Shown here: in pieces, positions 1-8,752 of the stretch
Position numbering within the stretch: the first letter of the stretch is position 1
Layout of the letters: every line of letters starts with the position of its first letter
DNA from: an uncultured Clostridia bacterium
GTDB lineage: Bacteria > Bacillota > Clostridia > TANB77 > CAG-508
Direction: 5' to 3'
NCBI GenBank assembly: GCA_944386655.1
Contig: CALXBX010000004.1
Coordinates: forward strand, 2,595 to 66,594
DNA: 64,000 nt
The notes under the pieces: model-generated
Databases searched by the model: none
The model's input: only the letters and a program-made list of their open reading frames with translations
What the model was told of the DNA's origin: nothing
Translations under genes and position numbers: made by a program

Positions 1-413
1 TGCAAAATATGTTTTCCTAAGGAAATAGTATCTCCCTCTCCTACTATCACTTGCCTTTTACTCATATCCATTGGGAAAAATTGTGGAAGCATACTTGCTG
101 TTTTGCTATTTACAATCAATTGCATTTCTGGATATTTTTCTGCTAACAACTGTATGTTAGCAGAGTGGTCTGGCTCTAAATGAGAAATAACTAAATAATC
201 TACTTTTCTTCCTTCTAAGGCTTTTTCTAAATTATCTATCCACTCCCCAGTTTTTCTTTTATCTACAGTATCCATTACTACTATTTTCTCATCCTCTATT
301 ACATAGGAATTGTAGGAGACGCCGTGTGGTAAAGGATATTGGCTTTCAAATAAATCTAAGTCTTTATCATCTACTCCTATATAGGAAATATTTTGAGTTA
401 CTTTTTTCTCCAT
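1..413 (-). CDS. Flavodiiron protein (FprA-type A flavoprotein), N-terminal metallo-beta-lactamase-like domain; the 3' part lies outside the window
   Basis: Manual minus-strand translation from ATG 413-411 gives MEKKVTQNISYIGVDDKDLDLFESQYPLPHGVSYNSYVIEDEKIVVMDTVDKRKTGEWIDNLEKALEGRKVDYLVISHLEPDHSANIQLL... It carries the H-x-E-x-D-H diiron motif. A GGTGG RBS lies 7 nt upstream. The frame stays open to the window edge. Not in the supplied ORF track. Confidence 0.65.
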   Translation of the reverse strand, partial: MEKKVTQNISYIGVDDKDLDLFESQYPLPHGVSYNSYVIEDEKIVVMDTVDKRKTGEWIDNLEKALEGRKVDYLVISHLEPDHSANIQLLAEKYPEMQLIVNSKTASMLPQFFPMDMSKRQVIVGEGDTISLGKHIL

Positions 414-496
414 TGCTTGTCCACCTTTCTTTTTTCACCAAGTATATCACATCTATAGGAATTTTGTACAGCTTGTTGGAGAAATAAACTTTAATT

Positions 497-1498
497 TTAA
501 AATCTCCAAATATTATCAGCACCTCTTACCCCTGTGATATTAGAGTTTAGACAAACTAACGGACGGCACCCCAAGATGCTGCCGCTATAGCTGCTGTAGC
601 TCACACGACCGCTGCCGCTCACATACAACAAGCTGCCGGTGCTATTAGCACTCGGAGACGCCAACCAATAACCATTACAACTGCTTACTGCAGATTGATG
701 TGGAAAATACAATGTATCATTATATCCACTATCACTTGATAAAGAATAATAAGTTGTTATTGGACTCTCTATATTTCCTACATAATATCCTCTACCATTT
801 GTACTCGTGTATAATTGTGTATATCCTTTTGCACGATAACTTTCTATCCACATCTCTAACGTTGGTCCGCCTATTGCATAATCTGTATAACTACTATCTA
901 CAAATCCATCCCAATTATTCGTATTTAATAAAGTGGATACACATCTTCCATTCTCATTGGTACTATAATCTGTCCAACTTTGCCTAAATAAACTTAATGT
1001 AGAAGAATTTACAGTTTGCGCTGTTGGTGCAGGATTCCAATACAAACCATAAGTATTATAAGTAGTCATTCCTGTTCCTGCGTTATCTAAATACTCAGAT
1101 GTATTTGGTACATAATCTGCTGCTATAATAAATACATGCTCTCCATCGTTGTAAAATATTCTCCAATCATTCGTCGTATCTCCATCTCCATTTAAGTCTA
1201 TTGGATAATCTACGTAATCTCCATAATTGTTCCCGGTTACTGTTTCTGCTAAACCTTCACTTGGTTCTTCATCTTCTGCTAAATATCCATTTAATTCATC
1301 TACCAACGCATTCATTTGCTCTTCACTTGCTACTGTTGCATTTGCTGTTTCTCTTTCTGCTCTCTGTGCTTGTGTGATAATTCCATTATCTCCTACTACC
1401 ATAGCTATAGATACTCCTGCTAATATAATTAGTACGATAATGGTTACCACTAATGCAATCAGTGTAATTCCTGTTTCTTTGCTCTCATTTTTTCTCAC
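497..1498 (-). CDS. Pilin-like protein: prepilin-type N-terminal hydrophobic helix plus a ~270-aa C-terminal domain of unknown function
   Basis: The N-terminus MRKNESKETG/ITLIALVVTIIVLIILAGVSI resembles a prepilin peptidase site followed by a hydrophobic helix, but +5 is Ala rather than Glu. GTG start with GGAGGA RBS 8 nt upstream. The C-terminal part is rich in Y/N/S/T/G. Confidence 0.55.
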   Translation of the reverse strand: MRKNESKETGITLIALVVTIIVLIILAGVSIAMVVGDNGIITQAQRAERETANATVASEEQMNALVDELNGYLAEDEEPSEGLAETVTGNNYGDYVDYPIDLNGDGDTTNDWRIFYNDGEHVFIIAADYVPNTSEYLDNAGTGMTTYNTYGLYWNPAPTAQTVNSSTLSLFRQSWTDYSTNENGRCVSTLLNTNNWDGFVDSSYTDYAIGGPTLEMWIESYRAKGYTQLYTSTNGRGYYVGNIESPITTYYSLSSDSGYNDTLYFPHQSAVSSCNGYWLASPSANSTGSLLYVSGSGRVSYSSYSGSILGCRPLVCLNSNITGVRGADNIWRF

Positions 1499-1736
1499 TT
1501 TTATTTTCCTCCTATTTTTCTTATGTTTTGCAAATTTTTCTTAACTTATTCACTTTTTGTTTTATTTGTTTATGTTAATAAGTTATTATAACTATATTTC
1601 ATATCTTATTCTATTTTGTAGAAAAATACAGTGAGTGTTATTCACGGTTGTAATTCCGTTGTAAATGGTCAACAAAAAAGATGATATTGTATTATTTTTT
1701 ACAATTCATCTTTCAAACACATGAAAATTTTATAAT

Positions 1737-2762
1737 TTATATACTTTCTAATTGTGGATCCATAGAAAGTGTTATGGTTGGATTTGTAATTATCTTTTTC
1801 TTTTTCGTTTTCTTTTCATTTAATTTTAACAATTCTGTTAACTGTTTTTGTTGTTTTTTACCAAAAAATGAATAGATTTCTTTTTCATCTTTTTGAACAA
1901 TTCCTTTTATCTTTTTATTCATTTGATTTAGCTCTTTCTTTAATTGTTTTCCAATATTTTCTAATCTAGAGGCATCTGCATAAGCTGTTAATAAAATTTT
2001 TGCCAAATAATATTCATTGTATTTTTTTAATTCTTTATATCTTCTTTCAATATAATCATATCTATTATTTACAAGTTCCATATAGTCCAAAATGGTTTGT
2101 TCTGTATTATGGTTCACTATACTATCTGCTCTATTGAAATAATAATATTCTGGTTCTCCAGTTACTACTATTTTATTGCATTTTTCTAACAAATAAAAAG
2201 TAGTTCCTATATCTTCATATTTTTTACCTACAGGATATTGTATTCCATCAAACAATTCTCTTTTATATAACTTATTCCATGCATAACTTTGAATGTTCTT
2301 ATCTAATAATACTTCTTTTAATATTTGCAATTTATTATATTCTTGAATACCTTTATTAGCATTTTTTATTGTATTTTCGTTCCCTATTACATTATAGAAA
2401 TTGCAAATACATACATCTGCCTTTTTTTCTGTTATAATTTGATGCATATGTTCATACATGTGCTTATCTATCCAATCATCACTATCTACAAATCCTATAT
2501 ATTGTCCTTTTGCCTTACTAATGCCTAAATTTCTAGCCGCAGAAAGCCCTTCGTTTTCTTTATGTATCACTTCTATTCTACTATCTAACTTAGCATATCG
2601 ATCACATATTTTCCCACAATTATCTGATGAACCGTCATCTACTACTAGTATCTCGTAATTTTCAAAAGTTTGATTCGTTACACTTTGTATTGCTCTTCCT
2701 ATATATTTTTCTACATTATAAGCAGGAATAATTACACTAAATCTTATCTCTTCCTTATTCAA
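1737..2762 (-). CDS. Family 2 glycosyltransferase
   Basis: The N-terminus FSVIIPAYNVEKYIGRAIQSVTNQTFENYEILVVDDGSSDN...FVDSDDW shows typical GT2 (GT-A fold) DxD-type motifs. Confidence 0.85.
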   Translation of the reverse strand: MNKEEIRFSVIIPAYNVEKYIGRAIQSVTNQTFENYEILVVDDGSSDNCGKICDRYAKLDSRIEVIHKENEGLSAARNLGISKAKGQYIGFVDSDDWIDKHMYEHMHQIITEKKADVCICNFYNVIGNENTIKNANKGIQEYNKLQILKEVLLDKNIQSYAWNKLYKRELFDGIQYPVGKKYEDIGTTFYLLEKCNKIVVTGEPEYYYFNRADSIVNHNTEQTILDYMELVNNRYDYIERRYKELKKYNEYYLAKILLTAYADASRLENIGKQLKKELNQMNKKIKGIVQKDEKEIYSFFGKKQQKQLTELLKLNEKKTKKKKIITNPTITLSMDPQLESI

Positions 2763-2780
2763 TTTCTTTCTCTTCTTTGT

Positions 2781-3650
2781 TTATATTTTTTCATAAACAA
2801 TTAAAGTTCTCTCTTTTCCTTCTTTTTCAATAGTCTCTATACTTTCTAATAGTTCTTTTACCTTTTCCTTGCTTTCAAAAAAAGGCTCACACCCATCAGA
2901 ATAAGCACATATATAGTTTGCATTAGATAAATTAAGTTTGTAAGTGTCTACATAATATTCTGCATTTTCTTCCCCAGAAAATGCTCCATACGAAATATCA
3001 TTACCATTATATTTTTTAGACGGATTATTTCTATATTCTTTTCTAATCATAATTCTATCTTGTGAATTATTCCAATCAAACTTATTGGATTTTACATACA
3101 CATTATTTAGATAGTTTTCAAAATTTTTGTGATTATTTATTGTTGTAAAAATAATATTATAATTCTTGTCCAGTAATGTAATATGACAATCCCCCAATGA
3201 AAAGCAATATAAATTTTCTTTTATTATCTTTCCACCTACTGCTTCACAACAATAATAGTCTTCTTTTAGATAATCTATTTTTCTGTTTTTATTTATAGTT
3301 TTCAATGCATCATTACATAATTTTGTAACATCTTTCATACTTTGTTCTGAAATATCGCTTTCGGAATACTTTTCTATTTCTTTTATAAATGTCTCACATA
3401 CTATTTTAGCAGCGTCATAGGCTCCACTTGGATTTGGATATTTTTTTATCCATTCTTCTGCTTCCTGTTTTGTTTCTGGATATTCAACAGCCCTACCATA
3501 AATATCATCTCTAGTTACTCCATCTGCAACACAAAAGGCTAATCCCTGTATTTTATAATAATCTTCTACAACAGGCTTTAAATTATATCTACTAAAAATA
3601 GTATTATCTAACGTTCTATTATATTTTAATCTAAACATTTTCTTCTCCAA
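2781..3650 (-). CDS. Hypothetical protein, tentatively a PP2C/SpoIIE-like phosphatase fold
   Basis: CVADGVTRD and AYSDGCEPF resemble the PP2C metal-binding xxDGxxG and SDG motifs. The gene overlaps the upstream gene by 20 nt, consistent with an operon. The assignment is weak without a profile search. Confidence 0.35.
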   Translation of the reverse strand: MEKKMFRLKYNRTLDNTIFSRYNLKPVVEDYYKIQGLAFCVADGVTRDDIYGRAVEYPETKQEAEEWIKKYPNPSGAYDAAKIVCETFIKEIEKYSESDISEQSMKDVTKLCNDALKTINKNRKIDYLKEDYYCCEAVGGKIIKENLYCFSLGDCHITLLDKNYNIIFTTINNHKNFENYLNNVYVKSNKFDWNNSQDRIMIRKEYRNNPSKKYNGNDISYGAFSGEENAEYYVDTYKLNLSNANYICAYSDGCEPFFESKEKVKELLESIETIEKEGKERTLIVYEKI

Positions 3651-4590
3651 TTTCTTTTACCAAAATATGACTTATTGTTTCTTCTGCAAATTTATTATCA
3701 TAAACTTTTTTCTTAGCGTTTGTCGCTTTTCTTATACAATTTTCCAAATCATTTATATTGTGGCAAATTTGAATATATTCTAAATTTTGAAGCCATTTAT
3801 ATGATTCTTCTATTTTATGTGTAAGGCTAGTAAATACCACACATGGCGTTTCTGTAATTGCTGAAAATATCATACCATGAAGCCTATCTGTAATCACTAA
3901 TTCTGCACTTTGGATTTCATTAAATTTATGTTCTAAAATACTTTCTCTTTTTCTTTCTGAAATATTATTAATGATTTTAGTTCCTAAATTCATATCAGAA
4001 AATTTATATGTACTATAATGTTGCATCACATATTGATGTATAGTATCAAAAGTTTCATTATTCAATGTTTTTTCTTTATCTCTTCTAAACATTAATACTA
4101 CACCATTTCTTAACTTGTCCGCTGTTTCTTTTAATGTCATTACAATATCTGGCGTCAAATATACCTTTGCATTATAAAAATGTTTTTTCATAAATTCAAA
4201 CGACTTATTTTCTCTTGCCATTATTACTAATTTGGAATGTGCATTATATATTTTTTTAGAAATTTCCAATTCAGTACTGTCTTCAAAATACGCAGTTTGA
4301 GGAAATACTATTATTTTATTATCAGGAAAAGTTTCAATAACTTTTCTTCTTCCCTTTTCTGGCATTACGTAAGTATCTCCTATATTTCCCCCTCCATGCA
4401 ATAAAATAATGTCTTCTGTGTTTATATAGTTTTTCACTTTTTCTGCACAAATATCTAATTTTTCTTCTTGCATGATATAAACTTTATGATTAGGAAAATA
4501 CTTTTTTAGCATTTTCTCCTCTGCATATGCTATTGCTAAATCTCCTATATTTCCATGATGTGGAGTCCCCATTAGAATTATCTTTTTCAT
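3631..4590 (-). CDS. Polysaccharide pyruvyl transferase family protein
   Basis: MKKIILMGTPHHGNIGDLAI... N-terminus and the TDRLHGMIFS motif are typical of the CsaB/WcaK-type pyruvyl transferases. Confidence 0.75.
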   Translation of the reverse strand: MKKIILMGTPHHGNIGDLAIAYAEEKMLKKYFPNHKVYIMQEEKLDICAEKVKNYINTEDIILLHGGGNIGDTYVMPEKGRRKVIETFPDNKIIVFPQTAYFEDSTELEISKKIYNAHSKLVIMARENKSFEFMKKHFYNAKVYLTPDIVMTLKETADKLRNGVVLMFRRDKEKTLNNETFDTIHQYVMQHYSTYKFSDMNLGTKIINNISERKRESILEHKFNEIQSAELVITDRLHGMIFSAITETPCVVFTSLTHKIEESYKWLQNLEYIQICHNINDLENCIRKATNAKKKVYDNKFAEETISHILVKEIGEENV

Positions 4591-4599
4591 ATGCCACCT

Positions 4600-6516
4600 C
4601 TATTCTATATTATCTACTATTTGTGATAAATATTTTTTATCATATACATTATTTGTCACATTTCCTCCAGAAACTTCGTTTGTATATTTATTAGCTATTT
4701 TTTCTCTTCTTTTTGCATTTCTTTTATACCATTCATACTCTATATCAAAGTGTCCCATATCTAGTGCCTGATAACCGTCCTTTGCTAAATCATACGCTAA
4801 AACTGTTGCTGTTGGACCTAATGCTAAAATAATTAATGCATCTTTTGATTCCTTTTTTAATCTTTCTAAGATAATATTATATCTATCAAATGCATCTTCT
4901 GATGGACATATAATTCTTTTTATAGATTTACAGCCGGATAATAGGTCATTTCCCACTCCTATTCTAGTCTGTTCTCCTTCACAAATAATAACATCTCGAT
5001 TTTTCCAAATTTGTTTTAGCATTGAAAAATACTTTCCTGTTTTACTTTTGTCTTTATATCTAATATAAAGTCTCGTTAAGTTTGCTGTAATATATTCCAT
5101 ATCTTCATTCAAATATTTCATCCATGTAGTTCGTGTTCTATCCATGTTTTTTATCCAAAATTCTTCACTTTCTTCTGTTAAATTGCTAAATTCATTTATA
5201 ACATCTGGAATACCTATTAAACAGAAGTCCTGTTTGCTTGTTAAAATCTCTTCTAATCGTTTAGATAATTCTTTATTATATTCCTGAAAATCTAGTCCTT
5301 GTCCCAAAATAATATCTAACTCTCCATCTCCAAAGCGGGCAATTGATTTTCTTTCTGTTATAATTTTATTTATGGAATCTTCAATATTTAAAATCTTTAT
5401 TTTACTATTTTCCATTTTTTTTAATAATTTTTCTTTTTTATTTATTATTTCTGGATCCATTTTTTTACTTTCTATTTCTTTATATGTACTAGCACTTGGT
5501 TTTGACATTTTTTCCCTCAATTCTTTTGGTAACATTTTTCTTATTTGATTTAACATTTCACAATATTTTAATGTTTGTGGATAATCTTTTGTTACTATAG
5601 ATTCTATAATATATTGCACTGGTTTTAGTACAGTAGGTATCTTCAAATCACAACTAAGCATATAAAACCATTTCATTTTTTCTAAAACTTCTATTCTTTC
5701 CTCTTTTGTCAATAAATCTGTATCTATAAATCTATATAATATATAGTTCATACTTTTAGCATAATAATAACGATAATACTCTAGATTATTTGATTTTCTA
5801 AAATTTTCATATATGATTCTATATGCTCTATTAATTCCTAAAAAATAAGATTTAGAACAATTCGTAGAAATAGAATTAGAATCTCTTAATCTATAATTAT
5901 AAACATTTTCTGGTGTATAATATACATTTTCAGCATGAATAAAACAATCTGTAGTAAAGATTGCATCTTCTGCTGGTAATCTCTCTATAAAATGAATATT
6001 TAATTCATCTAGAAAGGTTTTTCGAAAAATTTTATTCCACACTCCAGAGTTCATTATGTAAAATGAATTTGTATAATCTTTAATAGATAATTTGAATGAC
6101 TTGTACTTTTCTTTATCAAATACTGGGTTCTGCCATTTTGTTCCATCTTCATTTGTGTTTGTATAATTTCCAATAACATAGTCTGCATTTGTTGATTCTA
6201 TACAATTATACAAGGTTTCACAAGCCGTTTCATCGAAAAAATCGTCAGAGTCAAGAAACATTATATATTTCCCTGTAGCTTTATCTAATCCTGTATTTCT
6301 AGCTCCTGATAATCCCTTATTTGCTTGATGTATTACTATAAATCTTTTGTCTTTTTTTGCATATTCTTCTGCTATTTTACTTGAATTATCTGTTGATCCA
6401 TCGTCAATTAGCAATACTTCTAAATTTTTGTACGTTTGGCAGACAACAGAATCTAATGCTTGTCGTAAATATTTTTCTACGTTATATATTGGTACTATAA
6501 TTGTAATTTTGTCCAT
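4600..6516 (-). CDS. Bifunctional glycosyltransferase: N-terminal GT2 fused to a C-terminal GT-D (DUF1792, SP_1767-type) domain
   Basis: N-terminal ITIIVPIYNVEKYLRQALDSVVCQTYKNLEVLLIDDGSTDN...LDSDDF indicates GT2. The C-terminal half contains ARFGDGELDII, characteristic of DUF1792/GT-D. Confidence 0.75.
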   Translation of the reverse strand: MDKITIIVPIYNVEKYLRQALDSVVCQTYKNLEVLLIDDGSTDNSSKIAEEYAKKDKRFIVIHQANKGLSGARNTGLDKATGKYIMFLDSDDFFDETACETLYNCIESTNADYVIGNYTNTNEDGTKWQNPVFDKEKYKSFKLSIKDYTNSFYIMNSGVWNKIFRKTFLDELNIHFIERLPAEDAIFTTDCFIHAENVYYTPENVYNYRLRDSNSISTNCSKSYFLGINRAYRIIYENFRKSNNLEYYRYYYAKSMNYILYRFIDTDLLTKEERIEVLEKMKWFYMLSCDLKIPTVLKPVQYIIESIVTKDYPQTLKYCEMLNQIRKMLPKELREKMSKPSASTYKEIESKKMDPEIINKKEKLLKKMENSKIKILNIEDSINKIITERKSIARFGDGELDIILGQGLDFQEYNKELSKRLEEILTSKQDFCLIGIPDVINEFSNLTEESEEFWIKNMDRTRTTWMKYLNEDMEYITANLTRLYIRYKDKSKTGKYFSMLKQIWKNRDVIICEGEQTRIGVGNDLLSGCKSIKRIICPSEDAFDRYNIILERLKKESKDALIILALGPTATVLAYDLAKDGYQALDMGHFDIEYEWYKRNAKRREKIANKYTNEVSGGNVTNNVYDKKYLSQIVDNIE

Positions 6517-6683
6517 AAATCCTCCCCTCGCATAACAAACTCTAACTCATATTATATCACAATAATTTCTCTAATTCAATTATTATTTGTTTTTTCCTCA
6601 CTTTATGTAATTTAATAGTGAAATATATCTTTGGCTATTGTGTTTATTTTATGACATTCTTTGTATTTGAATAATTAACATAA

Positions 6684-6716
6684 TAAAAAAAGGAAGCCTG
6701 ATTGTCTAGGTTTCCT
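6684..6716 (-). terminator. Rho-independent terminator after the RloB gene
   Basis: The minus strand has a GGAAACCT...AGGCTTCC stem (9 bp with one G-U, 8-nt loop) followed by TTTTTTTTATTA, 10 nt after the stop. Confidence 0.7.
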
Positions 6717-6725
6717 CCTTTATTT

Positions 6726-7361
6726 CTATATTATTTTATTTCTATTCATAATATATTCCACTGGTCTATAAACTGATGTATATGGATTACAATTAATATT
6801 ATTAATACTTTTTCCATTTTTAGTTTGCTCTTTTTCTAACCTTTTACTATTTTCTATGGCTATATTTGTTTTATCTTTTATAATATCATATACATTTATA
6901 TTTTTTTCATAATCTGGAATATATGTTTTTAAATCATTTATGATTTCTTTATTAGAAACAATTACTTTACTTGTATAGGAATAATGCAATCTATACCATA
7001 ATTCAAAGCATGGTATAGAAATAATCATTTCTATACCATTTTCCGATGCTAACCTTATAGCTTCATCTATTCTTTTCTGTTTACTAATATCTATATCAGC
7101 ATCAAATACACAATATATTTTATCATTATTTGCTGTGTTTATTTCCTCCTTTTTCATATAACTAATTAAACTTTTAACCATACTAACTGGATCCGTATCG
7201 TTTCCATAGGCAAATTTTAAGTTATATGGATTATCTCGTTTCTGAAAATTTCTAAAATATATTTCTTCTGTTTTATTCTTTCCTTCAAATTCAAATAATA
7301 TACTTTCTTTTGTTTTCCTATTCTTTCTATTTCTTTGAATTTGTTCTATTCTTCTGGCCAT
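6726..7361 (-). CDS. RloB-like (Toprim-like) protein, second gene of the ATPase+RloB defence pair
   Basis: The EGKNKTEEIYF, YCVFDAD and SIPCFELWYRLHY motifs match the RloB family signature (EGxxTExxYF, VFDxD, NPCFELW). The start overlaps the upstream ATPase gene by 16 nt. Confidence 0.75.
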   Translation of the reverse strand: MARRIEQIQRNRKNRKTKESILFEFEGKNKTEEIYFRNFQKRDNPYNLKFAYGNDTDPVSMVKSLISYMKKEEINTANNDKIYCVFDADIDISKQKRIDEAIRLASENGIEMIISIPCFELWYRLHYSYTSKVIVSNKEIINDLKTYIPDYEKNINVYDIIKDKTNIAIENSKRLEKEQTKNGKSINNINCNPYTSVYRPVEYIMNRNKII

Positions 7362-8605
7362 AAGTTATCACCCATAGCTATAAAAGGTATTGCACCATAT
7401 CTTCCATTAAGATATCCTTTTTGTATATTTTCTGTTTTTCTAACAGGGAAATCATCTAATGGATATAAATCTGTAGCCCCTTTCTTATAATCTTTTTCTG
7501 TAAACCATATTTGATCTCTTCTAAATAGGTTTAAACTCAATAGATTTGTGTCATGTGTATTAAATATTAATTGTGCACCATTTTTGTTATGCTCTTTGCT
7601 ATTAAATAGCTTTACAATATATTTTACTAAAAACGGATGTAAGCTTCTATCTAGTTCATCTACTATTAGTATTTTTCCTTTTTTTAAAACATGCAGTAAG
7701 ATTGGATTCAAAATAAACATATTTTGTGTACCTAATGATTCTTCTGTTAAATCTAAACTAATATTTCTTTCATTTCCCTTATCGTCTATTATATTGTGAC
7801 TAGTTATCACACTAAAATTTTTTGTACTCCTTGAAATAAATGGTCTTAACTCTGGTGGTATCATAGATAATTGTTCCTCTGAAATTTCTACATTAGAGAT
7901 ATTATATCCATTTATATTCATCTCTGCTTCATTTAAAACATGTAATGAAAAATTTCTTAGTTCTCCACTTTTATCATTATAATATTGTTCCAAAGAAATA
8001 GCTTTTAATGGTTCGTAATCAAATAGTACATTTATTCCATTTGTAATAAAATCATAAACCGGTTTTGTTTTTTCGTAATTCCAAGTAGTAGCTGTAGCTA
8101 GAAAAAATTTGTTCTCCATATTTTTATTTTCTATGTCCCTTAATTTTCTTTCTGTAATAGTATAATGGTACTTATTTACTTCTGTTCTTTCAAAAATTTC
8201 CGTTTCTCTTCCATTTGGATAATAATATAAATATTCTTCATAAATTCTATTTTGATCAGCAGAAAAGCCATATGCATATTTTATATTATCTATTACCATA
8301 ATAAATTCAAATGAAGTTGGCTTATTTATATTTTTTTCATTAAACTTAAAAGGACTTATTGGTAATTTCATTCCAGGTTGCATATTGTTTGAATTTCTCA
8401 TCATAATAATTACGGCATTTATGGCTTTCAATAAATTTGTTTTTCCTGAGGCGTTAGCTCCATATATTACTGCTGATTTTAAATATTTTTCATTTTTACA
8501 TTCTACTAAGTTTTCTGGTATTTCTTTATCAGCAGAAGCCAGCATGCTGAAAACTACTTTTTCATTTATGGACATAAAATTTTCAACACTAAATTGTACT
8601 AACAT
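7346..8605 (-). CDS. AAA_15/AAA_21-type (ABC-like) ATPase, first gene of the ATPase+RloB (AbiL-like) defence pair
   Basis: Walker A GANASGKTN, Walker B LIVDELDRSLHP and the QLIFNTHDTNLL motif are present. AAGGAGG RBS before the ATG. Confidence 0.75.
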   Translation of the reverse strand: MLVQFSVENFMSINEKVVFSMLASADKEIPENLVECKNEKYLKSAVIYGANASGKTNLLKAINAVIIMMRNSNNMQPGMKLPISPFKFNEKNINKPTSFEFIMVIDNIKYAYGFSADQNRIYEEYLYYYPNGRETEIFERTEVNKYHYTITERKLRDIENKNMENKFFLATATTWNYEKTKPVYDFITNGINVLFDYEPLKAISLEQYYNDKSGELRNFSLHVLNEAEMNINGYNISNVEISEEQLSMIPPELRPFISRSTKNFSVITSHNIIDDKGNERNISLDLTEESLGTQNMFILNPILLHVLKKGKILIVDELDRSLHPFLVKYIVKLFNSKEHNKNGAQLIFNTHDTNLLSLNLFRRDQIWFTEKDYKKGATDLYPLDDFPVRKTENIQKGYLNGRYGAIPFIAMGDNLWPEE

Positions 8606-8752
8606 ATATACCTCCTTGTATAGCCTATTATACTCTCTTTATTTAAATTTGTAAACAGGTTTTGTAATTATATTTTACTTTTTTGAATTTTTTATGCAAA
8701 TTTTTTAAATAAAATATAAAATTATTGTTTTTATGTTTGTTTTTTATATTTT

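Noticed and set aside
8627-8654. TTACAA-16-TATAAT promoter-like sequence upstream of the AbiL-like ATPase
   Set aside because: The -10 lies only ~9 nt from the RBS, so the predicted transcript would start at or inside the RBS. This is too uncertain to report as a feature.
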